The notes: a model not told the origin generated them from the letters alone. A DNA stretch of 64,000 nucleotides from an uncultured virus (IMG/VR IMGVR_UViG_3300028805_000054) (IMGVR_UViG_3300028805_000054); one strand, 5' to 3'; shown: positions 1 to 10,018, counted from the first letter of the stretch. Translations and numbers: made by a program.

Positions 1-2
1 TA

Positions 3-464
3 ATGAAGATAGATCCTGGCCGTATAGGAAAGGCGGGAGAGTGTGATGTTCAATTGGTGAAGACATTTCATGAGTTAAAACAAAAAAGTCTACTTGATCG
101 TTTTAAGGCTTTATTTAGTGGAAAGGCTGTGGTAAATAGTTATCATGTTATTTTCAAATTCATCGTAACCTCAACCAGCGGAAAGCCTTACACAGTTTTC
201 ATTCGGACTGACCCTGATTATGACTTGAAGAATTGGGAGGAGAATGAATGTAAGGTTTTTTGTGGATGTCCTGATTTCAAATTCAGGAGTGCATATTCAT
301 TGTATCAGAAGGGAGCACTTTTCGTGAATAACAGGATAAGGATAGAATTGGGTCAAGCTATTACAGACAAACCAAAGCGTGAACCATCTCTCTTGTGTAA
401 ACATTCATATGCTGCTCTTCTCTGGTTGGTAAAAAATTATAGCAATGTCATGAAAACAATCTAA
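3..464 (+). CDS. SWIM zinc-finger protein (may extend upstream of the window)
   Basis: VFCGCPDF...LLCKH matches the CxC-xn-CxH SWIM pattern. Confidence 0.7.
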   Translation: MKIDPGRIGKAGECDVQLVKTFHELKQKSLLDRFKALFSGKAVVNSYHVIFKFIVTSTSGKPYTVFIRTDPDYDLKNWEENECKVFCGCPDFKFRSAYSLYQKGALFVNNRIRIELGQAITDKPKREPSLLCKHSYAALLWLVKNYSNVMKTI

Positions 465-465
465 A

Positions 466-771
466 ATGAAAAGAAGGTCAGATTTTTCTAGGAGGTATTT
501 GTTTTATAGAATGATACCTTTTTTCGAACCTACTGATGGAAATAGTTTTGATCCTTCGGTAGATACTAGATTGACACTTAAAACGGTAGCTTTAGTGAAA
601 CCTGAAGTAGTAAGATTCATTGGAGAGAAAGTTCTGAGAATAGTACAGAAAATACCAAAAGAACAACGTAAAAATGAATATTGGATAAAAGATTCCTTAG
701 AGAAAGAAGCCATTCGTTTGTTTGAGAGTTTTCATCCTAAGGAGATAAAAATAGAGCTTAGTTATGAGTAA
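466..771 (+). CDS. hypothetical protein
   Basis: Operon-packed ORF overlapping the next start. Confidence 0.6.
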   Translation: MKRRSDFSRRYLFYRMIPFFEPTDGNSFDPSVDTRLTLKTVALVKPEVVRFIGEKVLRIVQKIPKEQRKNEYWIKDSLEKEAIRLFESFHPKEIKIELSYE

Positions 772-3610
772 AATATTGGCAATAGCGGACATACATCTAC
801 ATGATTATCCGCAGCGTAATAGTTTTCAATTTCAACGATTATATCAAGGATCAAGAATTGTAGCTAAAAATATTATTGAAGTAGGGAAGAGGGAAGGAGC
901 GAATTACATAGCGATTTGTGGTGATCTGATAGAGAAATCGATAATCAGACCGTACGTTATGGCAGAAGCATACAATTTCCTTCATACCATCATGTCAGAG
1001 TTCAAAGAAGGTTGGATTATCTGGGGAAATCATGATATAGATGCTAAGTCGTCAGATCAAGTAATGACAGATTCTTGCTTAGCTTTATTCCTTCCTCCCA
1101 ATCTTAAGTATATGCATCAACAGCAGATAGAACTGGAGGGAAAGATTTTGGGTTTTAACAATTGGCAGCCCGACATAGATCTGAGTTGGGTAAAAGGTGA
1201 GTTAGATATGTTATTTACTCACGCTAGGATATGTTATCAGGAAGGTTCAGACTTATATCAATCACAGTACTTAGATGAATCAAAGTTTAAGATTGCATTC
1301 TGTGGTGATATACATAGACCAGGACAACTAGGAAAATATGTCAGCATTGGTATCCCTCAAAGATGTAAGATGTCGGATGGAGAAAAATCGACCGGCGTAT
1401 TGATAGATCTTGAAACGGGAGATTGGAAATGGGTAGACCTGAATCCTAAAGATAATCTAATGAAATTCCAGTATGTGACAGTTCCGGAGCAAGAAGGATG
1501 GAATGAAGCTTTTAAGACCTGGAATATCTATAAGCCAAGTACCGATAACATGATAGATCCCTCTGCAAACATAAAAGTATCGGGGTGGGAGAAAATTGAG
1601 TCTTTGGTAGATGATGCTATAAAAAAGGCGTCTCTAGTAGAAGTTCATCAGCAAGTTTTAGCCTCCATCCCAAACTTAGATGCAGGGGAAGTAGATTTCA
1701 ATTTCACCCCAGTCCGTTTCTATTGTAAGAATTGGAGAAGTATAGACGAAGTTGAAATGTTTTTTGAAGAGGGAGATAAAATCCTGATTGTTGGTGAAAA
1801 TGGATCTGGTAAGTCTAGTCTCCTATCTGCCATTAAATATGCGTTCTGTGATGTTCGTTCTACTTCTGGTCTTTCCTCACTAAAGCCATTCATTCAATTT
1901 GGTACTAAGGATTGTGTAACAGAAGTAGAGTTTATGTATCAGGGAAATCGTTGTAAGCTGAGACGTGGAACAAAAGAATATGGTCTCTGGATAAACGAGG
2001 AGCCTATGAAATATAATAGTAAGGCAGATTTTGAAGCTGATGCACGCCGTAGATTCCCATTCATTGAGTATATGGAGGTAATGATTCACGACCAAGACCA
2101 TAACCAATTTATAGGAAGTCTTACCGGCGAGAGATTAGCAGAAATAATCAGTAAAGCTTTTAAACTAGACCGCATTGATACCTATAATGATGCTGCTTCT
2201 CTTATGCTCACTCAATTGGTAAAAGGAGCTGCAGAGTGGGAATCAAAGATAGGGGAGTCAAAGAAGGTATTAGGATTTATAAACAGCAAACTAGAATCAA
2301 TTGTCTTACCTACCAAAACAAAAGAAGAGTTGACGAAGGAAAAGGATGTTATGGTTGAGCTGCAGAGGAAAAATCGAGAGTGGAATATCTTTGTGTCTAC
2401 TTCTTCACGTCTTCAAGCTGGTATAGAAAGTAGGGAAGGTGAGAAGACTGAATTGCTGGAGAAGAAACGAGCGCAAAGAGAACCGTCGATAATAGATGCG
2501 GAGATAGAGAACCTAAGAAAAGAGATTGGAGTAAAGCAGGAACGTCTTATTGAATTGGGCGGACTTAAGAATGCAATCAGGGTAAAGGAATCAGAATTAA
2601 CCCGCATAATCTCCGACGGTAAAAATCTGCGCTCGGAATTTACAGCAATAGATCCCACCAAGATTTCCTATTGTCCTACTTGTCGCCAGCAGATTATCCC
2701 CTCTCCAGAAACTATCGAAGCCTTAAAAACAAAGAAGGAAGAGATTGGAAAGAAGCTGGAGGAAAAGTTGGCTGAATATGGAAAGGTTAATCAGGAGTTA
2801 GAGCAGATGAAGAACGATTTTGGAAACTCAGACTCCGAAATTCAGGCTATCAACGGAGAGATAGGGGGATTGAATGGAGAGATTACAAAGAGGATGTCAG
2901 AAATACGAGTCGGGAAGGAAATTGAGGAGAGACTAGGGAGAGTAGAACGTGAGCTGACCGAATGGAAAACTAAATTAGCGAATCTTGGTGCTCCCGAAAA
3001 AGTTGAACTTCCTGATGATTTTATGGAGAAGATGTCAACAATAGAGTCTGGCTTATCATCATGGAACCTTTGGGAATCTGGGGTGAAAGACAAAGAGGAA
3101 CAAGAGAAGAAAGTTAAGGCCTATGAGAAAGAAGTGGAAGGTAATCGAGAACAACAGGATAAACTCAAGTCTTATATAAAACTGACAGGACCAACGGGAG
3201 TTATTTATGAGGAGGTAATGAAAAAACTAGTCTCCCAATTCAATGACAATACCGTATCCTATGAAGTTAATGTCAGAGAGTTTAGAAAGAAAGATCACCT
3301 CACTCTCGTACCACAATTCTTTAATAATGGAAATTGGGTATCTTATGAGGCTTGTAGTGGTGGTCAGAAAACGGTACTCGACATTCACTTCTTGAGCAAA
3401 ATTATAAATCGTGTTGGAATATTAATCTTGGATGAATTTTTGAAACACCTTGATCCTTCTAACCACGATCTCTGTCTCGATATGATTCAGAGTATGAGTA
3501 TTGGTTGTACCTTTGTCTCATCTCATATGGAATCTATCGCAGCATTCAATAATAAAACGTGTAGCTTGTCTCTTAATCAGTCAGGCCTCACGCAGATGAA
3601 ATTTAGTTAA
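764..3610 (+). CDS. Fused Mre11/SbcD nuclease - Rad50/SbcC ABC-ATPase
   Basis: N-terminal metallophosphoesterase motifs (ADIH, CGD, GNHD, THA, GDIH); Walker A GENGSGKS; coiled coil with zinc hook CPTC; signature CSGGQ; Walker B LILDE; H-loop SSH. Confidence 0.92.
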   Translation: MSKILAIADIHLHDYPQRNSFQFQRLYQGSRIVAKNIIEVGKREGANYIAICGDLIEKSIIRPYVMAEAYNFLHTIMSEFKEGWIIWGNHDIDAKSSDQVMTDSCLALFLPPNLKYMHQQQIELEGKILGFNNWQPDIDLSWVKGELDMLFTHARICYQEGSDLYQSQYLDESKFKIAFCGDIHRPGQLGKYVSIGIPQRCKMSDGEKSTGVLIDLETGDWKWVDLNPKDNLMKFQYVTVPEQEGWNEAFKTWNIYKPSTDNMIDPSANIKVSGWEKIESLVDDAIKKASLVEVHQQVLASIPNLDAGEVDFNFTPVRFYCKNWRSIDEVEMFFEEGDKILIVGENGSGKSSLLSAIKYAFCDVRSTSGLSSLKPFIQFGTKDCVTEVEFMYQGNRCKLRRGTKEYGLWINEEPMKYNSKADFEADARRRFPFIEYMEVMIHDQDHNQFIGSLTGERLAEIISKAFKLDRIDTYNDAASLMLTQLVKGAAEWESKIGESKKVLGFINSKLESIVLPTKTKEELTKEKDVMVELQRKNREWNIFVSTSSRLQAGIESREGEKTELLEKKRAQREPSIIDAEIENLRKEIGVKQERLIELGGLKNAIRVKESELTRIISDGKNLRSEFTAIDPTKISYCPTCRQQIIPSPETIEALKTKKEEIGKKLEEKLAEYGKVNQELEQMKNDFGNSDSEIQAINGEIGGLNGEITKRMSEIRVGKEIEERLGRVERELTEWKTKLANLGAPEKVELPDDFMEKMSTIESGLSSWNLWESGVKDKEEQEKKVKAYEKEVEGNREQQDKLKSYIKLTGPTGVIYEEVMKKLVSQFNDNTVSYEVNVREFRKKDHLTLVPQFFNNGNWVSYEACSGGQKTVLDIHFLSKIINRVGILILDEFLKHLDPSNHDLCLDMIQSMSIGCTFVSSHMESIAAFNNKTCSLSLNQSGLTQMKFS
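2452..2649. repeat. Ladder nested inverted-repeat element 1 (inside Rad50 coiled-coil CDS)
   Basis: attgctg 2452/cagcaat 2643; cgagcgca 2468/tgcgctcg 2628; accgtcg 2482/cgacggt 2614; atgcgg 2496/ccgcat 2602. Confidence 0.85.
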
Positions 3611-3611
3611 G

Positions 3612-4124
3612 GTGAATAAAAATATGAGTAAAGAAGAAATTTTGAGTGAGTATTTCTTGGTGGAATCCGAGAAGACTGATGAGATTAAAGGTTGGAAAGT
3701 GTTAGGAACTATTGAGGTTGGGGGCTATGCTTCATCTTCCGTTTCTACCATCTTCGAGTTTAAAACCGATGGAGAAAGCTGGTTATGTGATTTTAGGATT
3801 AAACTGCTTGGATGTGGTTTAGTTCTTGCCAGTCCGGAGTATGTAATAGATGAGGATGAACTGGTGATGGAGGCTGTGGAGAAAATCTGGGAAAACTGGG
3901 GAATAACACCTGAGGTCCTAGAGAAACAGATAAATGGGGAATTGTGGAAAGAGTATATAAAAACGAACCCTGGAACATGGACAACTACAACAACTTCTAG
4001 TTCTCAATGGTGGAATAATACGATAACTTGTTCAGATGCCACTACTAATTATTATGCTTCCTATCTCCCCTCCTCCGACGAATGTAAAGTAACTACTTGT
4101 ACATCAGAATATGTTACCAATTAA
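3612..4124 (+). CDS. hypothetical protein, Thr/Ser-rich C-terminus
   Basis: ORF in operon. Confidence 0.7.
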   Translation: MNKNMSKEEILSEYFLVESEKTDEIKGWKVLGTIEVGGYASSSVSTIFEFKTDGESWLCDFRIKLLGCGLVLASPEYVIDEDELVMEAVEKIWENWGITPEVLEKQINGELWKEYIKTNPGTWTTTTTSSSQWWNNTITCSDATTNYYASYLPSSDECKVTTCTSEYVTN

Positions 4125-4506
4125 TTACCAATCCTTCAGTTTCGCTCAGGTAGGGAATTTGGCTAACTTCTATAAAGGAGGTCAACCAGAGATTCCTAAG
4201 CTGAAACTGATTGTAGAAAATATAAAACTGCTCTTCAAATTACCATCGACTTGTGTCTTTGTTGAAGTGGCAGAAGGTGAGAGAGTATATAAGGTAGTAA
4301 TGATTATGCCTGGAGTTAAGAAAACATCTCTAGGCTACTTTGTATATCTCCCGAATGAACGAAGACTTGATGTATATTCCTCTGATAATCCAACCATACC
4401 TCTCTTACAATGGAAACAAAAGAGATTGGTTTATTGTGGATGTTCCTCGTTGTTAGAGAGGATAGGAGTTTCATCACTCTTTGGAAATTTTGTAAATGTT
4501 CTGTAA
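4111..4506 (+). CDS. hypothetical protein
   Basis: Overlapping operon ORF. Confidence 0.7.
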   Translation: MLPINYQSFSFAQVGNLANFYKGGQPEIPKLKLIVENIKLLFKLPSTCVFVEVAEGERVYKVVMIMPGVKKTSLGYFVYLPNERRLDVYSSDNPTIPLLQWKQKRLVYCGCSSLLERIGVSSLFGNFVNVL

Positions 4507-4835
4507 TGAGAGACGATCACAATAGAATTACGGTTGCTCAGTGGAATATGCTTAAGCCGTATTTGATGATGGAGCCAGATGGAGAGATGACTCCTACTTT
4601 TGGTGATGTCGTGGATAAATTTAGAGAGTTATGGGGAATTTATATCTCTGTATCTCCTGCTTCCAATGATGACATCCTGATCTATAAATATCGCTATGAA
4701 GTTTACCGATTAAAAGGAAATGATATTAAGGATCAATTTACTGGAAGTGATCATGCATATTATCTGGCTATGAGGAAAGGTATACAAAAGGCCTATGAAT
4801 TTGTTAGCGTATTGGAACCGAACCCTAAGATGTAA
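4506..4835 (+). CDS. hypothetical protein (start moved to TAATG overlap)
   Basis: Stop/start overlap at 4504-4508. Confidence 0.65.
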   Translation: MRDDHNRITVAQWNMLKPYLMMEPDGEMTPTFGDVVDKFRELWGIYISVSPASNDDILIYKYRYEVYRLKGNDIKDQFTGSDHAYYLAMRKGIQKAYEFVSVLEPNPKM

Positions 4836-4840
4836 AAAAA

Positions 4841-4882
4841 AAAGAACCTGGAAGGATTTAATTCCCTCCGGGTTTTCTTTTC
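4841..4882. terminator. Bidirectional intrinsic terminator between convergent operons
   Basis: A-run + aacctgga...tccgggtt stem + T-run. Confidence 0.7.
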
Positions 4883-4883
4883 T

Positions 4884-5294
4884 TCAAACTACAAACTCTT
4901 TCTTGATTCCCTCTGATACAAACTCATGCTGTATTTGATGAACCTTTAAGAATTTACCTGTTACATCTTTTCGTATTGAGTCATCAGAAAATTTTGAATT
5001 CCCAATAATACGCATTCCCCAGATTCCACCAAGGCTGTCATAAAGGGTAACGTTGTAAAATCCATCTCCAGCACTAATACTCCACTTATATGAATTGTCT
5101 TCTCTTTTAAATCCGTTCTTAAGAAGGAAATCCGGCGTTAAGGGGATTTGCTGTATCTGATCTAATCTTACCCAGCTTAATCTCCCCGGCCACTTATGAT
5201 ATCCTACTTTCTTTTGATGAACAGCTGCTATCTGGATCGGTTTTCCCTCTACCATAATCCAGTCTCCAATTTGATAATTCACACAATGCCTCAT
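4884..5294 (-). CDS. hypothetical phage protein
   Basis: IGDW start and IPLTPDFLLKNGF motif typical of small phage accessory proteins. Confidence 0.7.
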   Translation of the reverse strand: MRHCVNYQIGDWIMVEGKPIQIAAVHQKKVGYHKWPGRLSWVRLDQIQQIPLTPDFLLKNGFKREDNSYKWSISAGDGFYNVTLYDSLGGIWGMRIIGNSKFSDDSIRKDVTGKFLKVHQIQHEFVSEGIKKEFVV

Positions 5295-5536
5295 TTTCGT
5301 TCCAATATTCTAATCATCAATTCTTTACACGCCGTAGTATCTGATCTTGATATTGTCCGTCTAAATTCCCAAATAGACTGGTTAAATCCGTTATTGAAAG
5401 TACAAGAGTCTATAATAATATAGTCTTTGGTAATAGTAAGTTTCAAATCACCTTTCCCAGTTTTATAATTCACATCTCTTCCTCCATTGCAACTTATCAC
5501 TAGGAGACTAAAACAAAGGCATAATATTTTCTTCAT
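5291..5536 (-). CDS. putative lipoprotein
   Basis: MKK + hydrophobic stretch + ISC lipobox-like. Confidence 0.6.
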   Translation of the reverse strand: MKKILCLCFSLLVISCNGGRDVNYKTGKGDLKLTITKDYIIIDSCTFNNGFNQSIWEFRRTISRSDTTACKELMIRILERK

Positions 5537-5864
5537 TGTTTCCAGGTTTTATTAGTTCTTCGGCCATTTCCTCGATCCACTTCTCTGTTTCCTTTATGAT
5601 TTCCTCCAGTTCCACCTCTGTATGTAACATCGCTGGTCCTTTCCCATTAATCTGATCGTTGTTGAGCTCCTGATAAAACACCCTGATATCCCATTCAGTG
5701 CGATCAAAACAGTAAAGCTCAATAGGGACTCTCTTTTTCTTAGTCTCCGGATCTACACCATACGCATGAAGCTGCCAGTCACAATCTATAGCAGCGTCAA
5801 AATGAAGACCCCTGACCGTATATCTCAGATTTACAACACGAGTAGGGAATATATAATCAAACAT
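5508..5864 (-). CDS. hypothetical protein
   Basis: Operon ORF. Confidence 0.7.
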   Translation of the reverse strand: MFDYIFPTRVVNLRYTVRGLHFDAAIDCDWQLHAYGVDPETKKKRVPIELYCFDRTEWDIRVFYQELNNDQINGKGPAMLHTEVELEEIIKETEKWIEEMAEELIKPGNNEENIMPLF

Positions 5865-6285
5865 CTAAGGTCTTTAAGAATTTGTCCATCTCATTATAGA
5901 AAATAGTCTCATCATCTATCAGAGTTTGGCATGCTCTTTTTCCCCAACCAAATCTATCTTCCCTAAAATCTTCCAACCTAGCTTCTGATAGTTCTAGTTG
6001 ATTTTTGATACACTCTGAGAAAATGGAGAGCTCAGAATCTGTCACCTCCATATTAGTTCCTTCTTGGAGACGTTTTGCTAAAGAATTGAAATTTTTAATA
6101 TGATCAAGAGTTTCCTCCGCCATTTTTATTTTCTCATCTTTCTCTTTTCCATCCAATTCTTTTGCTTCCTCAATTAAATAGTTTACCTCCTTCATCTCAA
6201 AATCTCGGAAATTGTCCAGCTGATATCTAATCAAACTCTCCAATCTTTTCCAACCTTCTTCTTTTGGTATTTTAATTTGTTTCAT
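5857..6285 (-). CDS. hypothetical coiled-coil protein (start at MKQIKIP)
   Basis: Start lies just downstream of promoter motif 6311-6321; the longer track ORF runs through non-coding structure. Confidence 0.7.
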   Translation of the reverse strand: MKQIKIPKEEGWKRLESLIRYQLDNFRDFEMKEVNYLIEEAKELDGKEKDEKIKMAEETLDHIKNFNSLAKRLQEGTNMEVTDSELSIFSECIKNQLELSEARLEDFREDRFGWGKRACQTLIDDETIFYNEMDKFLKTLDV

Positions 6286-6310
6286 AAAGTAATATTTCAA
6301 ACTAGTATTA

Positions 6311-6321
6311 CGTATATAAGG
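6311..6321 (-). promoter_or_regulatory. Phage promoter-like motif CCTTATATACG
   Basis: Member of the recurrent CCTTATWNRTR motif at operon starts. Confidence 0.65.
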
Positions 6322-6322
6322 T

Positions 6323-6480
6323 TTTCCTGGTGTGGTTGGGTCGCGCAAGTATAAGAAACACACAAGATTTTTCACGGCTGTAATTATAAACTTGTGTAAA
6401 AATAAATACAGGAGAAAATTAACGGCCGTATTTTTAATCCTCCTGTAATTAAATTCTTGCGCAAAAAAAACACCAGGAAA
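6323..6480. repeat. Branched ladder element 2 (intergenic)
   Basis: tttcctggtgt/acaccaggaaa; gcgcaag/cttgcgc; arm acacaag-(acggctgt)-cttgtgt; arm tacaggag-(acggccgt)-ctcctgta. Confidence 0.9.
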
Positions 6481-6502
6481 TTTTAATCCCAGTGTTTTCG
6501 TT

Positions 6503-7213
6503 TTATTCTTCATATTCTTTAAGCTCTTCTATGACTTTTGGTAATTTCTCTTTATATTCGTTCTCTGGGTCAAGTCTTAACAGGTCTTCTATCAATATCT
6601 TCATTTTCTTTAAGTCACGATATCTTTGATCCTTAGGCTTAACGATTTTTGGTGGAGTTGGAGTATAAGCATTACATTTTTCCTCCACATTATCTTCCCA
6701 CTCAAATAAGAACCTCCACTCCTTCTTATCTTGACCAAACTTTATTGCATCCTTAAACATTTGCTCTTTTGTTAAGATTCTGTGATGGTCAAATAATTTA
6801 TGTTGAGGATTAGCCAATAAACAATGACCTATCTTACCACGATCAAGAGAGGTAATATCATCAATCAAAGCCTCGAAGGAATCAAAACCACAAACCTGAG
6901 CTCCGTGATCTGTATCAAAACCACAAGCCGGATACTCACCATGAATTAGCCTAACCGAATTCCATTTTTCCCTCTGGTTATCCTTATTCTCATTCAGTGC
7001 TCTCTCCAATTCTTCCCACGTTGTATCTCCTCTCTTAACCATTTTTCCTAAGAGCGGTTCATAATGGAGGAGACGTGAATATAAGTTGAGGTTAGATTCA
7101 AAACAGATATATAGCCTCTCTGCTCTTCTTCTACCATCATTAAAGCCATAGAAGCAAAGAACCTTATCCTTATCTTTCTTTAGGCTCTCTATCAATTTCT
7201 TCAGTTTTTCCAT
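6503..7213 (-). CDS. hypothetical protein
   Basis: 236-aa ORF in operon. Confidence 0.75.
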   Translation of the reverse strand: MEKLKKLIESLKKDKDKVLCFYGFNDGRRRAERLYICFESNLNLYSRLLHYEPLLGKMVKRGDTTWEELERALNENKDNQREKWNSVRLIHGEYPACGFDTDHGAQVCGFDSFEALIDDITSLDRGKIGHCLLANPQHKLFDHHRILTKEQMFKDAIKFGQDKKEWRFLFEWEDNVEEKCNAYTPTPPKIVKPKDQRYRDLKKMKILIEDLLRLDPENEYKEKLPKVIEELKEYEE

Positions 7214-7215
7214 AA

Positions 7216-7473
7216 TTAATTTTCCTTATAAACACATAACTCCAACATGCTCACTCCTCCTAAAGTATTTCCAGAAGAAGCGGTCAGAATTTCATGAGTA
7301 AATCCGCGTTTATCTTTCACGTAGATTTTCTTAATGACATAATTACTGCCTGTCTCAACCTTTACCTCTTTTGCTTTCTCTACGTTTTTATTAGGGCAGC
7401 ACGATATAGCAAGAGATAGGAATAATCCAAGAACAAGAAGCACCGTCATCATAATTATCCAGGTTTTCTTCAT
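7216..7473 (-). CDS. putative lipoprotein/membrane protein
   Basis: N-terminal hydrophobic helix followed by Cys. Confidence 0.6.
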   Translation of the reverse strand: MKKTWIIMMTVLLVLGLFLSLAISCCPNKNVEKAKEVKVETGSNYVIKKIYVKDKRGFTHEILTASSGNTLGGVSMLELCVYKEN

Positions 7474-8426
7474 AGTTCGAGTATTTTCTGGTTTAACATC
7501 TTATATTCCTCCAGTACTTTATCATCAGCTTCCTCTCCCCAAACACTATGAATCACAACACCATAAGGGCAATACTGAAATACTATTGGATCTACTGGCA
7601 TTTGTGAGATCTTGAATTCAGTAGAGAAGCAATTTCTAGGAGCAGCAATCATAAGATCCTCACTTCCCATCTTTTTTAATCCCAGTACAAAATCGTCAAT
7701 TGGTCCAAATTTAAGGCCATTTGGAAGAAACGCTTTATAAATCTCTTCTACTCTGTCTAATCTTATATCAGTTGATTCGCTATTATAATAAGAATCAAAA
7801 ATCGCAATTATATTTCCGATTTCTTCAACACGATTTTTAACCCTCTCACAATCACTTTTCTCTTCACCTCTTCTACATCTAACTCCCTCAATATAATAAA
7901 ATAGAGAGTATCTATTAATTTTATCTTGTCCGGGTTTGTTTAAGTAAAGGTCTTCGACGTTCTTAGTTCTACCTCTCATCCTCAGAGTATTAGTTATACA
8001 CTCAATCTCGGAAATGTTTGATGATGGAATGATACCAACATATCTATTTAAGAAATTAGTAACTAAACCATAATCTTTTAAAATTTTCTTAAACTGATCG
8101 AATGACACTAAATATGAGTTCGGAAATTCTTTCTTCATTTCAAGAACCCAGTCTAGCACGTTCTTTCCAAATTTCGACTTATCTTTTCTTGATTGTATCT
8201 CGTCCAGCTTAACCTTCAAGAGTTTAGCGTTTTCAGTATTCGACAAACCAAGACTTACTAACCTATTAAACTCTTTTTCTAAGTCTGGTTCTTCTTTTAC
8301 TAACACCATATCTCCCTTACACTGTTCTAGATAATTATTCATTAGGGAAAGAATAAGAACCTTAACTTTCATCTCTGGAGCTACAAAAATTTTCTCCTTA
8401 CTTTTCTTGCTAAATAATTTAAACAT
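7470..8426 (-). CDS. conserved hypothetical phage protein
   Basis: 318 aa; C-terminal DPIV...WG motif. Confidence 0.75.
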   Translation of the reverse strand: MFKLFSKKSKEKIFVAPEMKVKVLILSLMNNYLEQCKGDMVLVKEEPDLEKEFNRLVSLGLSNTENAKLLKVKLDEIQSRKDKSKFGKNVLDWVLEMKKEFPNSYLVSFDQFKKILKDYGLVTNFLNRYVGIIPSSNISEIECITNTLRMRGRTKNVEDLYLNKPGQDKINRYSLFYYIEGVRCRRGEEKSDCERVKNRVEEIGNIIAIFDSYYNSESTDIRLDRVEEIYKAFLPNGLKFGPIDDFVLGLKKMGSEDLMIAAPRNCFSTEFKISQMPVDPIVFQYCPYGVVIHSVWGEEADDKVLEEYKMLNQKILEL

Positions 8427-8445
8427 ATTCTTTTGATTTTAATTA

Positions 8446-8476
8446 CATATATAAGGATTTCAAAACCTTATTAATA
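8446..8476. promoter_or_regulatory. Back-to-back promoter motifs (8446-8456 minus; 8466-8476 plus)
   Basis: catatataagg and ccttattaata between divergent genes. Confidence 0.7.
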
Positions 8477-8733
8477 TGAAGGTGTATTGGGTTTATAAAG
8501 ATGGAAGGTGGACATCAGTATTTATTACAACCTCAGATCTACCTAAAAATGGGCTTGGAGATATAGAAGGTGAGATCTATAATATGAGGAGGAAATATTC
8601 TCATAAAAGGTTGAGATTATGTTGGAGAAATTTGAGGGAGAAGTCAGCAAATGAATTTAAGGGGATCGATATGTGGCCGAAAGTGTTAGAGGAGAAATAT
8701 GAGGGGCCGTTTGTAGTTGATTGGAAATATTAG
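8476..8733 (+). CDS. hypothetical protein
   Basis: ATG directly follows the promoter motif. Confidence 0.6.
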   Translation: MKVYWVYKDGRWTSVFITTSDLPKNGLGDIEGEIYNMRRKYSHKRLRLCWRNLREKSANEFKGIDMWPKVLEEKYEGPFVVDWKY

Positions 8734-8824
8734 TCCAATCTTTTATTTTTGGTTTCTCTCAATTCCTTATAAGTAAAAGATAAACTTAAATCGTTAATAT
8801 AAAATTAACTAAAAAGATAAAACA

Positions 8825-10018
8825 ATGATTATTAGAAGTAAATGTGAAAACGATGTTTACAAGTGGAACATGAGTTATCTTATGATGATGAAATTCCCTA
8901 ACATGAAAGTTCGGTTCAAGTTTAAAAATAGAAGACCGGGCGAAAAGTTTGATCAAAAGTTTATTGAGGACATGAAGTTAGAACTCGCAAAACTTAGAAT
9001 GTTGAAATTAAGTGACGCAGAGAAAGCTTTCATGAAAAAGAATTTCTGGTGGATTCCGGGATGGTACTTCGACTGGTATCAACATGCGGATATTTTTAGA
9101 CCAGAAGCAGTTAAAATGTGGCTGGATGAAAACTCAGAATTCCAATGTGAGGTGGAAGATCTTGGATATATTGTGACCTTCTGGGAAACAAACATACTTC
9201 CTATCTTTGCTGAACTTAGAAATAGGACCTACGGATATACTTATGATAAGATGAATGAATCCGAAGCCCTCGAGTTGGTAAGAGAGCAGATAAATCTCTC
9301 TAACGAGCATCAACTTAAGTTTTCTGAGTTTGGATTGAGAAGAAGATTCAGTGCAACCTGGCAAGATAAGGTGGATGATATTATTAAAGCTGAAGCTAAA
9401 TATTGTGTAGGTAATAGTAATGTTTATGAAGCTTATCGTTTAGGGCAGAAAATTAGCGGTACACAAGCTCATGAAATTTATATGGCCTATAATGCTATTT
9501 ATGGTTATCGTGAGGGTAATTATAAGTGCGTAAAGGATTGGATGGAAGTATTCAACGGACATGCTGGTATTCTTTTAGGAGATACTATTGGACTTGATTC
9601 TTTCCTGAAATGTCTTACTACTTTGTATGCTAAAGCTAGTTCTGGTTATCGTCATGATTCTGGACCTTGGGAAGAAGCTACAACAAAGTATATTAAACGA
9701 CTCAAGGAACTTTATGTCAATCCTCTTCACAAATCAATCATATATTCAAACAGCATTAATATGTGGGACCTTGATGATATTGGAAATAATGTGAGAGGTA
9801 GAGTCGGAGATTTTGCTGGTGGTATGGGTGGAGCATTTACAAATAATATTCCAAGCCTTAAGCTAGCGAATCCGAATATTGTAATGAAATCTGACATGGT
9901 TCAGCTTGATGCAAATTCCTTCCCAGCTAATACAGTGAAAGTACCTGATGAGCCGGGTAAAGAAATGGGGGATCCGAAAGAGGTTGAATACTGTAAATAT
10001 GTAACAGAGCGATTATGA
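8825..10018 (+). CDS. pncB: Nicotinate phosphoribosyltransferase
   Basis: DVYKWNM, EFGLRRRFS, GNSNV, GTQAHE (phospho-His motif), GYRHDSG. Confidence 0.88.
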   Translation: MIIRSKCENDVYKWNMSYLMMMKFPNMKVRFKFKNRRPGEKFDQKFIEDMKLELAKLRMLKLSDAEKAFMKKNFWWIPGWYFDWYQHADIFRPEAVKMWLDENSEFQCEVEDLGYIVTFWETNILPIFAELRNRTYGYTYDKMNESEALELVREQINLSNEHQLKFSEFGLRRRFSATWQDKVDDIIKAEAKYCVGNSNVYEAYRLGQKISGTQAHEIYMAYNAIYGYREGNYKCVKDWMEVFNGHAGILLGDTIGLDSFLKCLTTLYAKASSGYRHDSGPWEEATTKYIKRLKELYVNPLHKSIIYSNSINMWDLDDIGNNVRGRVGDFAGGMGGAFTNNIPSLKLANPNIVMKSDMVQLDANSFPANTVKVPDEPGKEMGDPKEVEYCKYVTERL

